63,853 nucleotides of DNA, filler included, from Reticulomyxa filosa (GCA_000512085.1; 18 parts of 18 records of this genome joined end to end with filler, not necessarily neighbours in it), one strand, 5' to 3'. Positions 1-12,964 are shown, numbered from the whole stretch's first letter. The notes: generated by a model from the sequence alone, not told the origin. A program made the numbers and translations.

Positions 1-31
1 GGTAAATATTTTTATTTTATTATTTTTTTTA

Positions 32-3000
32 TCAATTGTTGAATTTTCTTAGAATCTTGTGGAATACTTTCATTTCGTAAAAATAATAACAAATGATACA
101 ACAATCGTATAATATAAATGTTAAAGGTTTCAACGTGCTTGGCTCTGTTTTTTTAGGGGATGAATAATATCTCTTCAATACAAACCAATCATCTTTCGTA
201 TCTATTGTATCCTTCCATTGACTTGACTTTTTGGATATTGTTTTAATTATAGTTCCTCCACACCATTTATTTGACATTTCACTTGTTTCAAAATGTCCTC
301 TGATCCATCAATTAATAGTGCATGATTGTTTGAACAATAGTGCACTTTTAAAGACCCATTTGATATTGTTTCAATTCAGCTGATATAGGCAAAAATGACT
401 CGGAATCAACCAATAGCAATTGAAATGGATTCTGTTTCATAAATGGAAGAATGGACACGAAATGGAAACTTAATCTTGTCACAATCACGTCAAGTGTATC
501 TCTCATGGAAAGCGTCAGACTGTCCTTCGAAGAAGCCCAATTAGTGATAGTTTGTAAAAGCTTCTTGGACTCATTATGCACTTCAGTGGATAGGAAAAAA
601 TCTACAACAGTATAATTCAGTACCCAATTTTGATATGCTTTCACCAAAATTATATGGAAAATAAAAATATTTAAAAATAAACTACAAAAAAAAAAAAAAA
701 ACTTTAGCTTTGAGATTGATCATCCAAGTAGTGTTCACATGAATTAATTAAAGGAAACAGCTGTGCAATTATTTGGTGATAAATATTGTGAGAGCAACTG
801 TTGAGCGGAATGGAAGATTTTCCACTTATGATACGCTGTATATTGTTCATGCGAGTATTACTTCCATACACTCCAATGAAAGGATTGAAAGAATTATTGC
901 GCAACGTCCTTGCACGCAACAAACGGAATACATTGCTTGTCTTTAATTTCTCAAATAGAGGAGACGTCATACCAATATATGATTGTGTGAATATGATTTC
1001 AATCCAATGAATCCCCTTCCACATATAAATTTGTTTCAAAAACCACACATGCAAAGCATGTTTGTACTGTCCATGACAACTGCTGAAATCTGACAATACT
1101 TTACTTATTTCTACTAATGAATTAAATACATTCTTGTTTTCTTCAAGTTGTGACAGATCAATATCCTCATTAATCATGCCGCGAATAAGTCTCGTAACTT
1201 CCACCTTCACTTTTGAAATTTTTACAACGCAGCCAAGAGCAGAGGTATTATTTTTATCACATAACTTCTTCCAGTATTTTCTATCCTCATTTATTTTATT
1301 CTTCAAAAGCATCAATTCCAAACAACGATTCAACCGTGCTGCCTCATCCGAATACAAAGCAAGATTATTATTTAAATATTCATGTGATACCATTTCCTTC
1401 AAAATTTGCATTTTGGGAATTAATTTATTTCCAATTTTGGAATACAACTTTCGCAAAATTGAGATATATACCTTACGTTTATCTGCATTCTTTTCAATTC
1501 TTTCCACACGTTTGATTGCGATGAGTAAATTTTGAATAAAATCAGAATATTTTTGTTTGGAAGCATTTTGATGAGTGGAATAGCCTTGAAGAATGTGATC
1601 AATTGAGGTTTCATTTTCCAAAAAACCATGTTCAATCAAATGTTTTTCTTCATTTATAAATTTACTTGTTCCTAAATGCATGATCCCAAGATTTTGGAGT
1701 TCAATTTTTCGAGCACTTGCCAATAACATATTCACAAGATTTGTATTGTCATTTCGTAGGCGTTTAAATAAAAAATTGAAAAGGATTGAAATCGAAGCAG
1801 GAAAAAATAGTATATCCCCACGTATAGTATACATTTTCTTCAATGAAATCGACTCCCAAAGAGATAGAGTCATTTGCACCAACCATTGTCCAGGTTGGTT
1901 TTCAGGGACATCATCTTTCACATGTGCAAGCCTGGAACAGATAGAGATCAAATATGCATAATGGAAAATGATGTAACGATAATGATGTGTGATCACTTCA
2001 ATCGTGGCAATAGTCAATTTGCCACACAATAACAATGCCATAGACACAATCACATTTCGTAGAACGGTTTGTTGATTTGCCGTGTGCAAATACCATGAAA
2101 ATTCAAATCGAACCAAATCCATTGCATATCCATGAGTTACTTTCAGAGAATAATCTACTTCCCAATTTTTTAAATTGTCATTTCCAATTGGTATTTGTTC
2201 CAACATTGCCGCATGTGAAATTGGATCATTTTGTAGTGCTTTGGAATATTTCGAGAGTTGTCGTTGACACCACGAATGAATAGAATAACTAAATGGAAAA
2301 GAACATTGCAAATAATTTTGAATTGAATACAGTTGAGGATTAATTACAGCCAACAACAAGTGATTGGTATCGATGTTCACTGGTCTCATTTTGATCAGTC
2401 CTTCATTTCGCAATGCCCTTTCAAATAATTGTTGATACGTTTCGTTTTTCTTTTCGTGCCTCTTTTTGCTTTCGATGTATTTCTTTGGATTATTGTTTAT
2501 ATATTGTATATATTATAGTGAAATAAACAAAAATAAAATAAATGACAAAACTGCAAAACCGCCATTTTGATAAATGGCAAATAATACATTGACAAAAGTC
2601 AAAGTTAACAAAGTATTAATAATATTCTGATGTCTTTCGAAAAAAGATCCTTTCATCTTTTTCCTTCCACTTTCCTCTAACTTACACAAAATATCTTCAA
2701 CTGATCGCTGTTGTGCAGCTTTCGACAAGAGATTTTTTACTCGATTTGTAAGAATCGTTTCACACTCTCTGAACTTATCATTCTCGAACAATGATACCAA
2801 TAACTTTTTTTCTTTCAAAAAATCCATAGAATGTGGAAAGTGTAATCTTCCAAAGGCTTTGCATGCGCATTCGAATAAATTCTACAAAAAAGTATGTGTG
2901 TTAATCACTATTTAAAAACAAACATGTAAAAGTATTTACCCTCTTGAGCTTTCTGCCATCTACACTTGCCACTGGTTTTTTCAAATCTTTCTGCAATGAT

Positions 3001-3802
3001 ATTGTATCCGTTAATAATAAATAATCAACATAAATGATCTTCCATTTCCTATTTTTTTTTTAAAAGAGAGAGTTCATTTTTATTTTGACAAAAAGGATTG
3101 TTTTTTAACTGTCGAAATAGCAAAGGAAATGGTAATGTCTTGTTGGTATGGATAAGTAAAATAATCAATTTATGTTTTGCATTATTTTGTGAATTATTAT
3201 AACATAGATAATGCTCAATTTGAAGAATATGTATGATTTGTTCCACTTGATATTTACGTTTGAGTGTGTAACGACATTGCAAGATTAAAATATCATCCAA
3301 AACCTCACTATTAAAGAAATCCTTTACTTTTTTTTCAAATTGATCAACTTTTTTGAATGATGAGATATTTTTTGTACAATGGGCCCATTCCATTGGGATG
3401 TTGCGCTCCATGTCATTCGTTATTACCATTGCCATTTGGTCTTTGCAGTTTTTTCGCTGATTCTGCACAATTGTCCCCTTTTTTATTGCGTCAATTTTTT
3501 AAAAAAAGTTTTGTTGGAAAGGACAATTTTTACTTAACCAATGAATAAAACTGCATATTCTCATTACTCTGCATTTTCACCATTTCCTCTGGTCGACACA
3601 ATGGACGAAATAAATCAAGTAATTCCAATTTCAATTCCTTGTCGTCAAATGTAATGTCATTTAAATTCTTATTTGATATTTGCACTTGTTCCTTTTTTTC
3701 ATCATCTTTGATATCATCTGTTTGCATTGCTTTTTGTGCAGCCAAATAAAGTAATGCCGAGAAAATAGTATCTTCACAATATCCACAAAATAAATCCGAT
3801 AA
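32..3802 (-). CDS. RNF213/mysterin-like giant AAA+/E3 protein, internal fragment (post-AAA region to RZ-finger region), multi-exon, frameshifted near the contig end
   Basis: Collinear motifs resemble RNF213: FCGYCEDTIFSALL (cf. FIGYHSDACASVVL), LRPLCRPEEMV (cf. LLNCATPDAVV), ISSFKKVDQFEKKVKDFF..ILILQC..IILLIH..WKIIYVD, FPFSYSIHSW, SFLP, C-x3-H...C..C, and PLTF(Y)IIRLLYHLLLFL (cf. PVVFLLIRLLTHLALLL). The ORFs at 3530-3745, 3049-3468, 2513-2827, 704-2413, 348-647 and 32-277 are the exons or exon pieces. Confidence 0.75.
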
Positions 3803-4510
3803 NNNNNNNNNNNNNNNNNNNNNNNNNNNNNNNNNNNNNNNNNNNNTTAATTAATTAANNNNNNNNNNNNNNNNNNNNNNNNNNNNNNNNNNNNNNNNNN
3901 NNAAAAAAAAAAAAACATTTTCCTCAATTGTTGTTGGGTACGGTTTGTTTTTTTTTTCGTCGCTTTCTAATTTCAAAAAAAAAATCAAGAAAATAAATAA
4001 TATCCAAACTAACGATCGTCGTAAAAAAAAATAGTTCACCTTTTTTTTTTTTTTTGTCATCGAATATGGCTCGCATCTTAATGCATGTTTTCTGTTATAT
4101 TGTTGTTGTATTGTTAAAATGGTTGGAGTGGTGACATAATTCCTTGCCAAAGAAAAAGCCCCTTCGGCTAGTATTTGGCATTTTTTTTTCCCCTTGCCAT
4201 AAATGACATTAATCTTCAACTATTTAATATAAAATTAGAGATAATTATAAAAAGTGCCCACATGATCCCCTCCAAAGCAGTTTCAACCAGAACCACATAT
4301 AAATACGTAATTTTTTTTGTGAAGACGGAATTCCTTTTTGTTTCACCAGGCTGTTAGCTCATTTTCAACGAGACTAAGATTTAGGGAGGGGGGGGGAAAA
4401 AAAAATTAATAGAGTCAGTAAATGCAAAAGGGTAAAACTTTTTTTTCTTCTCTATCCAAAAATCTTTTTTTTGCTAGGGCCTGAAGTTTTAATTGATAAG
4501 ACATTTATGA

Positions 4511-6096
4511 TCAAACAAAAACTGCAGATTGATGATGTCCTGCAGCCACATTGTGGATAGGAAACACCTTAGGGGACAAACAATCAATCAAATAAGGACT
4601 GGGCAATTTGACCTTCTTTTTTTTTGCCAATTGTCTATATTGATTGGCCCCAAAAGCATAGACGACATATTTTGTATCTTCGCTGTGTCCTTCCATCAAC
4701 ACCAACGTGTGTTCTTTCCCGCAAGCCACTTGCAAAGGAGTAAAGCAAAGTTCAGTGTTTTCCGTTTCGCTGAATTCCTTCACTTGGCGCAGCAACGACA
4801 CGGCATGCGGTTCAACAGCATTGGTAAAGTTTGAGTGTCCCAACTGGCCTTTCAAACCGGAGCCCCACGTGATGACACGTCGTCCTTGTTTCAGTCGCAC
4901 ATCACTGGGTTTTGACGAGCCGCTACGGTTTAAGTTCGGCAATGTGATTGGCTCGACAACTACAGCGGAGTGATAATCGCCACAGGCCACAGACAGCACA
5001 CGATAGTGATCAAAATAAGGGCCCAGCACCACCCGTGGCACATGTTCATCGTGTGGTGGGACCTGCAATTGTTAGTAGGTATACATTTGTACAAACAATC
5101 ATCAAAAAAAAAAAAAAAAAAAGTTTAGAATCATTACCATATATGTATACGTATGCATATATAAAACAGAATACAATATACAACAACAACAACAATAATT
5201 GGGGGGAAAAAAAAAAAAAAAAAAAAAATGAAACTTCATGCAAATCAATTCCAAATTTTTGTTATCCTCGGGAATCTTTTGAAACGCGTCCACTGTGACT
5301 TGGAACCCTCGTTTGCCCAAGTCAGTCCAATGCGCATCAAGTTCAAGACATCGTCGTTTGGTCCAGCCAAGCCCCAGCTGCATAAAGTTGTCTGCTCCAC
5401 ATGTGAAAAGCCTTCCCGTTTCCGTGACAAATAGAGAATGATTGACTCCTAATTGCAGTGTTGTTGTACATATCACACATATACATATACATATACATAT
5501 GTATATGTATATACGTATAATATAAAAGTAGTTAAAAAAAAAAAAAGGGAGGGGATGACATTCGAACCAGCGGCGACATCGACGACTTTTGAATCAAAAT
5601 AAACAGGTGAAATGACTTGAAAGTGGTCGACATACAAAGGCTTTTTGAGGAACGAGTTGGAACCCGTTAGTGTGCGCATGAACGACACCACACTCGCCAT
5701 GTTGGTTTTGTCCTTGAACAAACACATGTCCCTTTTCGGAGATGGCGAAAATGCGGTGGTCATTTGCGCGTACTTTGACAATGGGATCATCCTTTTTCCA
5801 GCATGCATGTTCCTTCCGCAAGGTTGTCTTGGTCAGTCTGCTATCGCTCTTTTTGAACACAGCAACAGTGGCGGTGCTGTGTTTCGACGGACTTACTCTT
5901 TCCGTTGTCAATTGTTCCTTTGTATTGGCCGGCAACTTGGTAGTGTACCACGCAGATTCTCTGTTGGGAGACGACAGCTCATCTTCTGCTGCAGTCTTGT
6001 GCTGCTCTTCTTCTTCTTCTTCTTCTTCTTCTCCTTCGAGCTTCGCATGGTATTTGTCATACTTGACTTTGTCGTAAATGCATTGATACAATTTTG
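4511..6096 (-). CDS. RCC1-repeat (RCC1/BLIP-II beta-propeller) protein, 5'-partial, multi-exon; C-terminal part resembles fungal mitochondrial FMP25-type proteins
   Basis: Repeated RCC1 motifs: GHVFVQGQNQHGECG, LGVNHSLFVTETGRLFTCGADNFMQLG, VACGDYHS, ITWGSGLKGQLG, VACGKEHTL, YAFGANQYRQL, VAAGHHQS. Confidence 0.9.
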
Positions 6097-6379
6097 NNNN
6101 NNNNNNNNNNNNNNNNNNNNNNNNNNNNNNNNNNNNNNNNTTAATTAATTAANNNNNNNNNNNNNNNNNNNNNNNNNNNNNNNNNNNNNNNNNNNNTTGA
6201 ATTGAGAAATAAGCTCACAATAGCTTCCATCCAACTAGTCACACTATTATACCAATTAGCAGCAAAAAAGATTTTTATAATTTCATCCCAACGAACTGTA
6301 CTCTTAATTGAATAAAAGGTATAGTGGCATTCTTAAATAATAATTTAAGGATACCTTTCAGAGACTAAAAAATCAATAA

Positions 6380-7871
6380 ACACATGTGTAAACAGTTCTT
6401 CAATCCTATCACACGTTTGTTCATCGGTCATGCTTTCCTACCACCCAACAACAACAAACACTTTTTTTTTTTTAAATACTAAAAAAAAGAGGGAGTGCAT
6501 TATCATACATTATCACATATACATATACACATATATATGTATATACGATACCCAAACTAGTGGCTCTGGAACATCCAACACTTCGTAATCGGGATGATTG
6601 GCAAGCCATTGTCGCAAGTAATAAAGTGCCTAGTCAGTATTTAGGTTATTGGTAAAAGATACACCTAATGCCAACAATATGTCCAATTCATGACACTTTT
6701 TTTTTTTCCCAAAAAAAAAAAAGTGTTTGAGACATCAGTTGACAAGCAAATAATAACAAATATATATATGTACATATATAATGATAAGCGATAATAGCAA
6801 CAGGGTCATTTTCATTGTCTTGATGACATTTTCCCAAGTATTTCCACGCGGAGGCGTACGAAAGGTCGATGGAGGCAACCGCTTCAAAGGCCAGAATGGC
6901 TTGCGGCAACTGTCCCTTTTTAATTAGCTTTTTGGCATAATGCATCAGCTTTGTGGTTTCTTCCATTTCCTTTTCCTTATGTGTTTTGGTCTCTTTCCAC
7001 TTGTTTAGTCCACTTTGCAGCTGTGACAAATACTCATTGTCTTTGCTGAACTCGTACTGCGCGCTCGTCGTCGATGGGTCATGGTCCTTCACTTCGTCTT
7101 CTTGCTCGTCTTTTTGTATCGCTTCATCATTTTCCTCTTCATTGTCTTTGTCTTTGTCTTGGTGATCTTTCTCGTCTGACTTGCTTTTCACTTTCGTTGT
7201 TTCTTCTTTTATTTGACCCTTTTTTTTTTATTAAAAAAAAAAGGGGAGGATTTTTATTTTTTAAAAAAAAATAAAAAAAAATGCTAAACATTGATATTTG
7301 GTAAAGTAGTTGTCATCGGATTCGAAGTTGCGTAAAGAGGCTGTGTGCGCATGTAGGACATCGATGGGACTTGTATCGTTTGTGGCATGCCAACACCCAT
7401 TGCCATGCTACTCATACCCACGTCTATACCTATACCCATACCCATACCCATGCTTGTGTTCATATTAGGAATGGACGTAATGGTTGCATGATACGCACTT
7501 CTCGCGTTCGATGTCGGTCGATTGACCTCTGCCATCTTGGCCTCAAACTCTTGCTGCATTTCTTGCAGATGCAAGCCCATTTGTGATATTTGCTGCTTGA
7601 TCAATTGCAAATCTTGCTTCAATGAATCTGATGCTGTCGCTGTGGTGTGCGCCTCAAACTCGTTCATCAAGTCCATTGACACTGGACATGTTGATACATA
7701 CTGCGACTCTGCTGGCAATGATGCAACACCCCCTTGTGTCATCCCTCCTAATTTATACACGTTGACGTCTGCTAACACATTCATTGCCCCTGAGATCACC
7801 GTAGCCGAGAATGCTGATAAGGCCGTTGGATCACCGCATTGTGCGCTCATTGCACGAAAACCATCCATCAT
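6380..7871 (-). pseudogene. PEX5: Peroxisomal PTS1 receptor PEX5, probably damaged (in-frame TAG at 6630-6632, apparent short deletion, TPRs incomplete)
   Basis: N-terminal AQCGDPTAL matches the conserved ubiquitinated-Cys motif. YEFSKDNEY precedes the TPR region. TPRs read GQLPQAILAFEAV..YASAWKYLGKCHQDNENDPVAIIAY and DILLALGVSFTNNLNTD*ALYYLRQWL. Confidence 0.8.
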
Positions 7872-8494
7872 CTTTCGGTAGTATGTTTATCTATCCCTTT
7901 GGGATACAAAACTGAATTTTTGAAAGATCCTTTGAATTTTATTCGCAACAGCGTAAGAATCTTGCCAAAGCAAAAACATAAAGCTGGTGAACCTCTCGTA
8001 TTTTTTTTTTCGTTCAATCTATTTGCGTCACTCAACTGTCTAAAGNNNNNNNNNNNNNNNNNNNNNNNNNNNNNNNNNNNNNNNNNNNNTTAATTAATTA
8101 ANNNNNNNNNNNNNNNNNNNNNNNNNNNNNNNNNNNNNNNNNNNNATTGGAATTGGAATTGGGACTGAAATTGAAATTGAAATTAGGGTTGGGAAGGGTA
8201 TTGAAATTGGACGTGGAGAACAGTTGGGCAACTCCCATATACGAGGGCTCGACCAACTTGGGTTTCCATTCGTCGTTTTTGTCAAACCACTCCCCGTCGT
8301 TGCGTGCTGCATGTTTACTGTTCGATGAATAAAATTGCGAGGGAAACAATTCGCCAACACCACCATACGACACCCTTCGTCCAAAGCCATTGGAACTCAG
8401 CGATGCTTCATTCAAATAGGTTGCGGGTTGCCGCAATTGGGATAACTGTAATTATATATTATATTAAGTATTAAAAAAAAAAAAAAAAAAAATT

Positions 8495-9040
8495 TTACAT
8501 TATACATATATTATATGTATACTTGAGTAAGCACAGGTTGCAAACGCTGAATGGATCCAGTTTGACTTTGATTTTCAATGGTTTGAAGCTCATCAACAAC
8601 GATGTGGAAGATTTCAATGACGCGGTCCCAGTCCCTTTGGCATTGAGCAATGTCGTCACGAAACTTGTGATTTTCACGCTTCAGTTCCGTTTCGCGTAGC
8701 TTGCCGTGTTCCAGTTGCTTCTCCAAGTTTTCGATTTTCTCGTCTTTGAACTTGAGCTTTTCATACATTGCCTCGTTTTCCTCATGCAATTTTGCAATTT
8801 GATCGAGGAAGTTCTTTTGGCATTATCACACATATAAAAATAACAACATATATGTATGTATATATGTTTATAATTTTTGTTTGAAATCTTTTCAATACTC
8901 AAAAAAAAAAAAGTAAGACAAAACAGCTTCTTGCAAGGACAATTTCGCAGCCATTTGAGCTTCAAAATCGGGAGGAAATTTTTGGTGAGAGTTGGCAGTA
9001 TTGCGAAAATCGTCATTATTGTTATTGCTATTAACGGCAC

Positions 9041-9074
<34 letters not shown>

Positions 9075-10441
9075 GACATTATTATTGTTATTATTATTGT
9101 TATTGCTGTTGTTGGAATTGAATTTATCGTCATTGACAGGCAGTTGAGCCGTGTTGGTGCCAGCCAAATTGTCTCCATTGGCCTGGTTGCTTTGCAACAT
9201 TGGCCTCATGTCCGATTCGGTCGAAGATTTGTCATCGTCGCCGACAGGGTGATACGTGTTTTCCCCTCCAAACAATTTGCCGACATTGCCGACCGATATA
9301 TTTTTCGTGTGTTGCACGTCCTTCTTTTCGTTGTTGTTTTCTTCATCGCTGCTCAATGCAGCATCGGTCTTCTTCTCTTTTGTAGCTTCGCTATTGACCC
9401 TCTCCTCGATCGATTTCTCCAGTTCTCGAAATGGATCTTGTATGTTATCTTCTTTCGGTTCTGGCCTGTCTTCCACTATTGTCATTTTGTGTTTTATGAC
9501 ATGAGCATGTGCACGTTTTTTGTTTTTGTTTTTTTTTTTTTTTATGTGCTTTTTTTTTTTGGGGGAAAAAAAAAAAAAAGGGAACAAGTTTTTTCGGAAA
9601 AAAAAAAAAAAAGAAAAGGTACCAGTTCCACTTTCAATACGTTCCTCAGGGACTTGCTATGGTCACATAGAATACATATGTCAAGAGATATATATATATA
9701 TATGTGTATATATGTATATATGTATATATGACAACATGCGGAGAGCGACCTTTGGTGTGAGAGGTTTAACAGATGAAAAAAGTTGGTCGAATTGATCGGT
9801 GCCGGAGATTGCATCGACGACATTATTGTCTCCATTGTCATTAACGGGGACTGGTTGCTCATAGGTGTTGTTACGATCATTAGTGTTGTCATTGTCATTG
9901 TCATTGTTATTGTCATTGTTATTGTTATTGTTATTAGTATTGGTGGTGTTGTTGTCGTTATTGTTATTGTCATTGTTATAGCTGTACTGTCCTAGCCCAG
10001 CGCCATCCTCTTCGTCGCTTTCATTGATTCGAGGCATTTCACTCACCTCCACCGAAGGCCTTTTCTTCTTTTCGTCATCTTCGTCGACTTGCAAGTCATC
10101 TATTACCTGGTCTCCTACTTCACTATTCATTTCTGATCTCTGTCATTCAATTCAATTCAATTTTATTTCATTTCATTTCATTTCCAAGTTGTATTTGTCA
10201 TTCAACCAAACAACAACAAACAACAAAAGCAATGTGTTTTGTCCCTGTTACACGTTTACAATAATGGCAACTCAACAGTGATCGGATGGATATGCCTGTA
10301 GTTTTCCATCGCTTCTGTCACTTGCCAATTGAACTTTTTCAAAAAGTCGAGCGCTTCTTGAGGTTGAGCGTCTGTCTCCTCCAAAAAGGTTTTCAACGTT
10401 GCTTGTTGAGCCTCATCAAAATCGCTAAACTTTATATCCAT
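8495..10441 (-). CDS. Multi-exon protein with an N-terminal UBA-like domain (p47/FAF/DCN1 type), Asn-rich low-complexity middle and a coiled coil; continues toward the contig end at 8146
   Basis: QQATLKTFLEETDAQPQEALDFLKKFNWQVTEAMENY fits the UBA-like pattern F..vT....A..fL...nW.l..A...y. Later exons are the ORFs at 9681-10130, 8892-9587 and 8511-8789 (heptad-rich). Confidence 0.6.
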
Positions 10442-10957
10442 CTTTTTTTTTTTTTTTTGAAAGTTAAATCATATTTGTGGCTTTTTTTTTTTTTTGGGAC
10501 TAAAAAGAAAAAAAAAAACTCTTTGCCTCTCCATCTCTCTCTTTCTCTCTTCTCCTCTGAGCAAAGAGACAAAAAGGGAAAGAATTAAACGTTTCCTCCA
10601 ACGACGCATTGAGCGCAGCATTGACTCGATCGTCTGTTGTCATACGACGATGTTTCTATTTGTATACAAAGGGAGAGACATATATAATAAACATATTATA
10701 TATGTATGTATATAATATATACATATATATACATATATATATATATATATGATTATGTTTATTACCAAAGCAAATATACACAACAAAATAAAAAATGCAA
10801 ATAAAAAAAAAAAAANNNNNNNNNNNNNNNNNNNNNNNNNNNNNNNNNNNNNNNNNNNNTTAATTAATTAANNNNNNNNNNNNNNNNNNNNNNNNNNNNN
10901 NNNNNNNNNNNNNNNAAAACAACAGAAGATATCATAAATACTTGATTATTAATTTAA

Positions 10958-12036
10958 TTATTGATATTTGTGATTACCATGGCAATTACAAATGAACAAA
11001 TAATAAAACATACCTTTGGATTTATTCTCCTCATCGCTAGAAAAAGAAGAAGAGGAAGAATATGAATAATATTCATTTTCTTCACTATTCTTATTAATTA
11101 TCACATTCTTTATCAATGCCTCAAGTGCAGGCAAAGGCTTTCCTTTTTCTTCCCAGACATGTTCATTCTTGTGTCCCCATTTCGAACGAATTACTCGCTC
11201 TATTCGTGTCTTGACCGCATCCCAATGCGTAAACAGGAAGCACAAATCTAATTGATACGATTGATACAAGTCTTTACATTTCTCAAATATTTGACCCATT
11301 GTCAGAGGCAGTTTTTTATTTTTCAAATTATAAAAACATTGTTCAACAAGCTTCTTTGCTATTTCTTCAGATCTGTCAACCTTAAAGTCTTTATCTCTTG
11401 CAGCAAGATTTGCCAAAAATAAAACATCATCAGCATTTACTTTACTTTTCATTGTCTTTTCTTTTGCTTTTGTTTTGTTTTCATTGTATTGTTATTTGTG
11501 ATACCATCACTCTTTAAAAAGACTTCAAACAAAAGAAAAAAGAGCAAACTTGAAGAGCTCAAAATAAATTCGATAAATTGAGTTATTTTTCCATTGTTAA
11601 TAATTTCCAATGAACCTTCACACGCATCAAATAGATCTCTCCAATGCTTGAATTTCCTTTCCATATTTCCTGTAGCATAAGCATACATCACATTAGCACT
11701 CTCCCCGCTCCCTTTTTTTTATTTCATTTTCGTACCCTCTTTTTTTCGTTTTTAACGTATGACGATGTTATCCAAAATAACAATTCCCTTCGAACCGACA
11801 TTTGCCTTATATTGATCGATAGATTTTGAATCAAACTGATTTACATGATAAGGCCATTTAATCACCATTAAGTTTTTTTCCTTTCCGCTTTCAATTATTA
11901 ATTTAAAAAATTCTTGAATGATATCAAATGCAAGAATTGGAGCATTGTTTTGTTGACGTGTCATTTTCAATTTCTCAAATAAATGAGCACAAATAATTTC
12001 CAAAGAGTTATTTGAAAGGTGGTGTTTGCCTTTCAT
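10958..12036 (-). CDS. Hypothetical protein fragment (several exons or frameshifted pieces)
   Basis: Three consecutive same-strand ORFs with globular composition; no family recognised. Confidence 0.4.
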
Positions 12037-12247
12037 TGCGACATATTGCCATGANNNNNNNNNNNNNNNNNNNNNNNNNNNNNNNNNNNNNNNNNNNNTT
12101 AATTAATTAANNNNNNNNNNNNNNNNNNNNNNNNNNNNNNNNNNNNNNNNNNNNAATTTTTTACTGAATTGGTGTTTCTCATCAAATGCCTAAAAAAAAA
12201 GGTATACGTAAAAAAAAAAAAAAGAAAATTCTTTTTTTTTCGTTCCA

Positions 12248-12586
12248 TTAAAAAAAAATATAAAAAAATGAACTTTGACAGCATCGACAGCAACTCGGGC
12301 TGTGGTGACGACTTTTTCTTGGCTCGTCTATGCCTTGACATTTGTCCTTTGCGAACTCGGTAAAATTGGTTGTTTTTTCGACTAGGTTCAAGTTCTGCTC
12401 GTCCCATTCCTTTGTTCGCACGCACGTGTCTGCAAGTTTCCATGCCACCTCTTTAGTCAGACCCAACGACTGATCGTTCAAACTTCTTTGGCGAGCCACA
12501 TCCGAAGGGGCCCCTTCTTCACCAAACTCTTGACGGTCACCTGCTACAATGGTGTCTTTCATACAAACTGCGTTAGCTTCGGCCAT
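12248..12586 (-). CDS. First exon of a hypothetical protein (3'-partial)
   Basis: ATG-initiated ORF in GC-richer sequence that runs into an intron-like poly-T tract. Confidence 0.45.
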   Translation of the reverse strand: MAEANAVCMKDTIVAGDRQEFGEEGAPSDVARQRSLNDQSLGLTKEVAWKLADTCVRTKEWDEQNLNLVEKTTNFTEFAKDKCQGIDEPRKSRHHSPSCCRCCQSSFFYIFF

Positions 12587-12964
12587 TATTTTTCAAAGTT
12601 ATACTTTTATTTGCTTTTTTTTTTGCTTAAAGAAAGTAAAATGTAACTAAGACAGAAAAGGGGGCTTATCGCAAAAAAATTTACAAGTGTTTAGTTCTCA
12701 AAATTTTTTCTATTGTTAATGCAAACAACGAGTTACTAAAAATGCTTTGTTACTGTTGAGACAAAACTATTTGAAAAAAATAAAAAATACAGATCAGTTG
12801 GAATAAAACATTTTTCCCCGAGCATTGGTAATAAAACGCTCAAGTAGTAAAGATAGAAAATAAAAACAATTCAAGTTATTTCGTATTATTATTGAATTTT
12901 TTCTTCAACTAAGAAAGGACTTTGATCTCTCAGAACTCGGTTTGTGTAAAAGTTTCAAAATGCA

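Noticed and set aside
6630-6632. TAR=Gln alternative genetic code suggested by in-frame TAG/TAA
   Set aside because: Intact genes end at TAA at the expected positions (P450, FHIT), and long exons have no internal TAR.
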